Part shown: one piece after another, positions 39,437 through 40,361 of the stretch
Layout of the letters: each line of letters starts with the position of its first letter
Numbering within the stretch: position 1 is the first letter of the stretch
Source of the DNA: Paracoccaceae bacterium
Lineage (GTDB): Bacteria > Pseudomonadota > Alphaproteobacteria > Rhodobacterales > Rhodobacteraceae
Length of the DNA stretch: 40,361 bases
Reading direction: 5' to 3'
Assembly: GCA_014623385.1 (NCBI GenBank)
Contig: JACOMT010000016.1
Location: 1 to 40,361, forward strand
Notes under the pieces: model-generated
The model's input: the letters and a program-made list of their open reading frames with translations, nothing else
The model's database searches: none
What the model was told of the DNA's origin: nothing
Program-made: the position numbers and the translations under genes

Positions 39437-40361
39437 TTAAACCGCCCTTAGAACCGCGCCGGGGTTCATGATACCGTTCGGGTCCAGCGCGTTCTTGATC
39501 GCGCGCATCGTCGCCAGCTTGGCCGGAGCGGCATAGCGTTCCAGATCATCAACATTCAGCCGCCCAACCCCATGCTCTGCGCTCACTGATCCTTGCAACT
39601 GATGCACCAGATCGTGGATCGCACGCCTGATCATCGGCCGTGCGTTTTCGTGATCCGCCCGGCTGTACCCCGGCAGGGGGAAGACATTGTAATGCAGGTT
39701 TCCATCGCCGACATGCCCAAAGCAATTAATGCGGAACGTGCCAATTTTTGCGATCTCTTTTGGTGCCTTTGAAAGGAATTCCGGTATTGCCCCGACGGGA
39801 ATCGAAATATCATGGCTGGATACCGAGCCAATCCGGCGATTGGCCTCAGGAATGTTTTCCCGCACCGCCCAAAAAGCGGCACGCTGGGCCTCGGATTGGG
39901 AGATCAGCCCATCGGTGACAATCCCCGCCTCATAGGCCGCTTTGAACAGCGCTGCAAGCGCGGCTTGCGGGTCCAGACCCGGTGCCAGGCCAACGTCAAT
40001 CAGCACGCACCATTCCGGTTTCTCGTCAAAGGGTTGGCGCAGGTCGGGCAAGATTTCACCGAGGAAATCCAGGCCTTGACGGTGGATCAGCTCAAAGGCC
40101 GACACCGCCTCGCCCATATGGGTGCGCGCCATTGACAAAAGCGACAAAGCCGCTGTGGCAGCGGGCAAAACCAGCAATGCAGTACCCGTGCCTGCGGGTA
40201 CCGGGCTCAGCTTGAGCGAGGCCGCCGTGATGATACCCAGCGTGCCCTCAGACCCGATCATCAGGTTTTTCAGATCATACCCGGTGTTGTCCTTGCGCAG
40301 GCGCGACAGGCCATCCCAGATCGTCCCATCAGGTAGAACAACCTCTAGTCCCAGACATAAA
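39437..40361 (-). CDS. FAD-linked oxidase (GlcD / D-2-hydroxyacid dehydrogenase-like), C-terminal ~300 aa, 5' end outside the window
   Basis: The reading frame stays open to the window edge (..GTIWDGLSRLRKDNTGYDLKNLMIGSEGTLGIITAASLKL..). The C-terminal ..GSVSAEHGVG......L.......L..M.AIK.ALDP.GIMNPG motif is typical of FAD-linked oxidases. Confidence 0.88.
   Translation of the reverse strand, partial: LCLGLEVVLPDGTIWDGLSRLRKDNTGYDLKNLMIGSEGTLGIITAASLKLSPVPAGTGTALLVLPAATAALSLLSMARTHMGEAVSAFELIHRQGLDFLGEILPDLRQPFDEKPEWCVLIDVGLAPGLDPQAALAALFKAAYEAGIVTDGLISQSEAQRAAFWAVRENIPEANRRIGSVSSHDISIPVGAIPEFLSKAPKEIAKIGTFRINCFGHVGDGNLHYNVFPLPGYSRADHENARPMIRRAIHDLVHQLQGSVSAEHGVGRLNVDDLERYAAPAKLATMRAIKNALDPNGIMNPGAVLRAV

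Overview
40.4 kb chromosomal segment, probably from an alphaproteobacterium of the Rhodobacterales type. That placement is inference from GcrA, DUF1178, DUF2842 and protein N-termini recognised by eye; no searches were run. About 21 apparently intact genes, mostly housekeeping (argF, argD, gcrA, nhaA, rpiA, sdaA, purA, secG, pyrG, mtnP, thiamine pyrophosphokinase, a PfkB sugar kinase, a partial FAD-linked oxidase), sit between roughly 20 gene wrecks. The wrecks include two EamA/DMT transporters, a SulP transporter, a LysE exporter, a GST, a flavin reductase, a Uma2 nuclease, a lytic transglycosylase and an OmpR-type regulator fragment. They carry frameshifts, in-frame stops, internal deletions and truncations. 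By my own calls only about 17 kb of 40.4 kb (~43%) is intact coding sequence, which is very low for a bacterium. The window also holds an insertion-sequence graveyard. It contains three diverged, dead copies of a ~1.1 kb IS5-family-like element (called IS-B here), one IS427-type IS5-family relic (IS-A), and fragments of an IS3-like element (IS-Y). I found no rRNA, tRNA or CRISPR array, and no coherent, intact multi-gene system that looks novel. The signals most worth a second look are: (1) the selective, genome-reduction-like decay pattern; (2) a recurrent signature of short (9-27 bp) head-to-tail duplications in decaying DNA; (3) a ~170 bp paralogous element present twice, each time just 5' of a minus-strand gene start; (4) a possible orphan, decayed cobalamin-riboswitch-like structure; (5) AT-rich blocks wedged between truncated genes. 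All family names come from motif recognition by eye and need confirmation by search.
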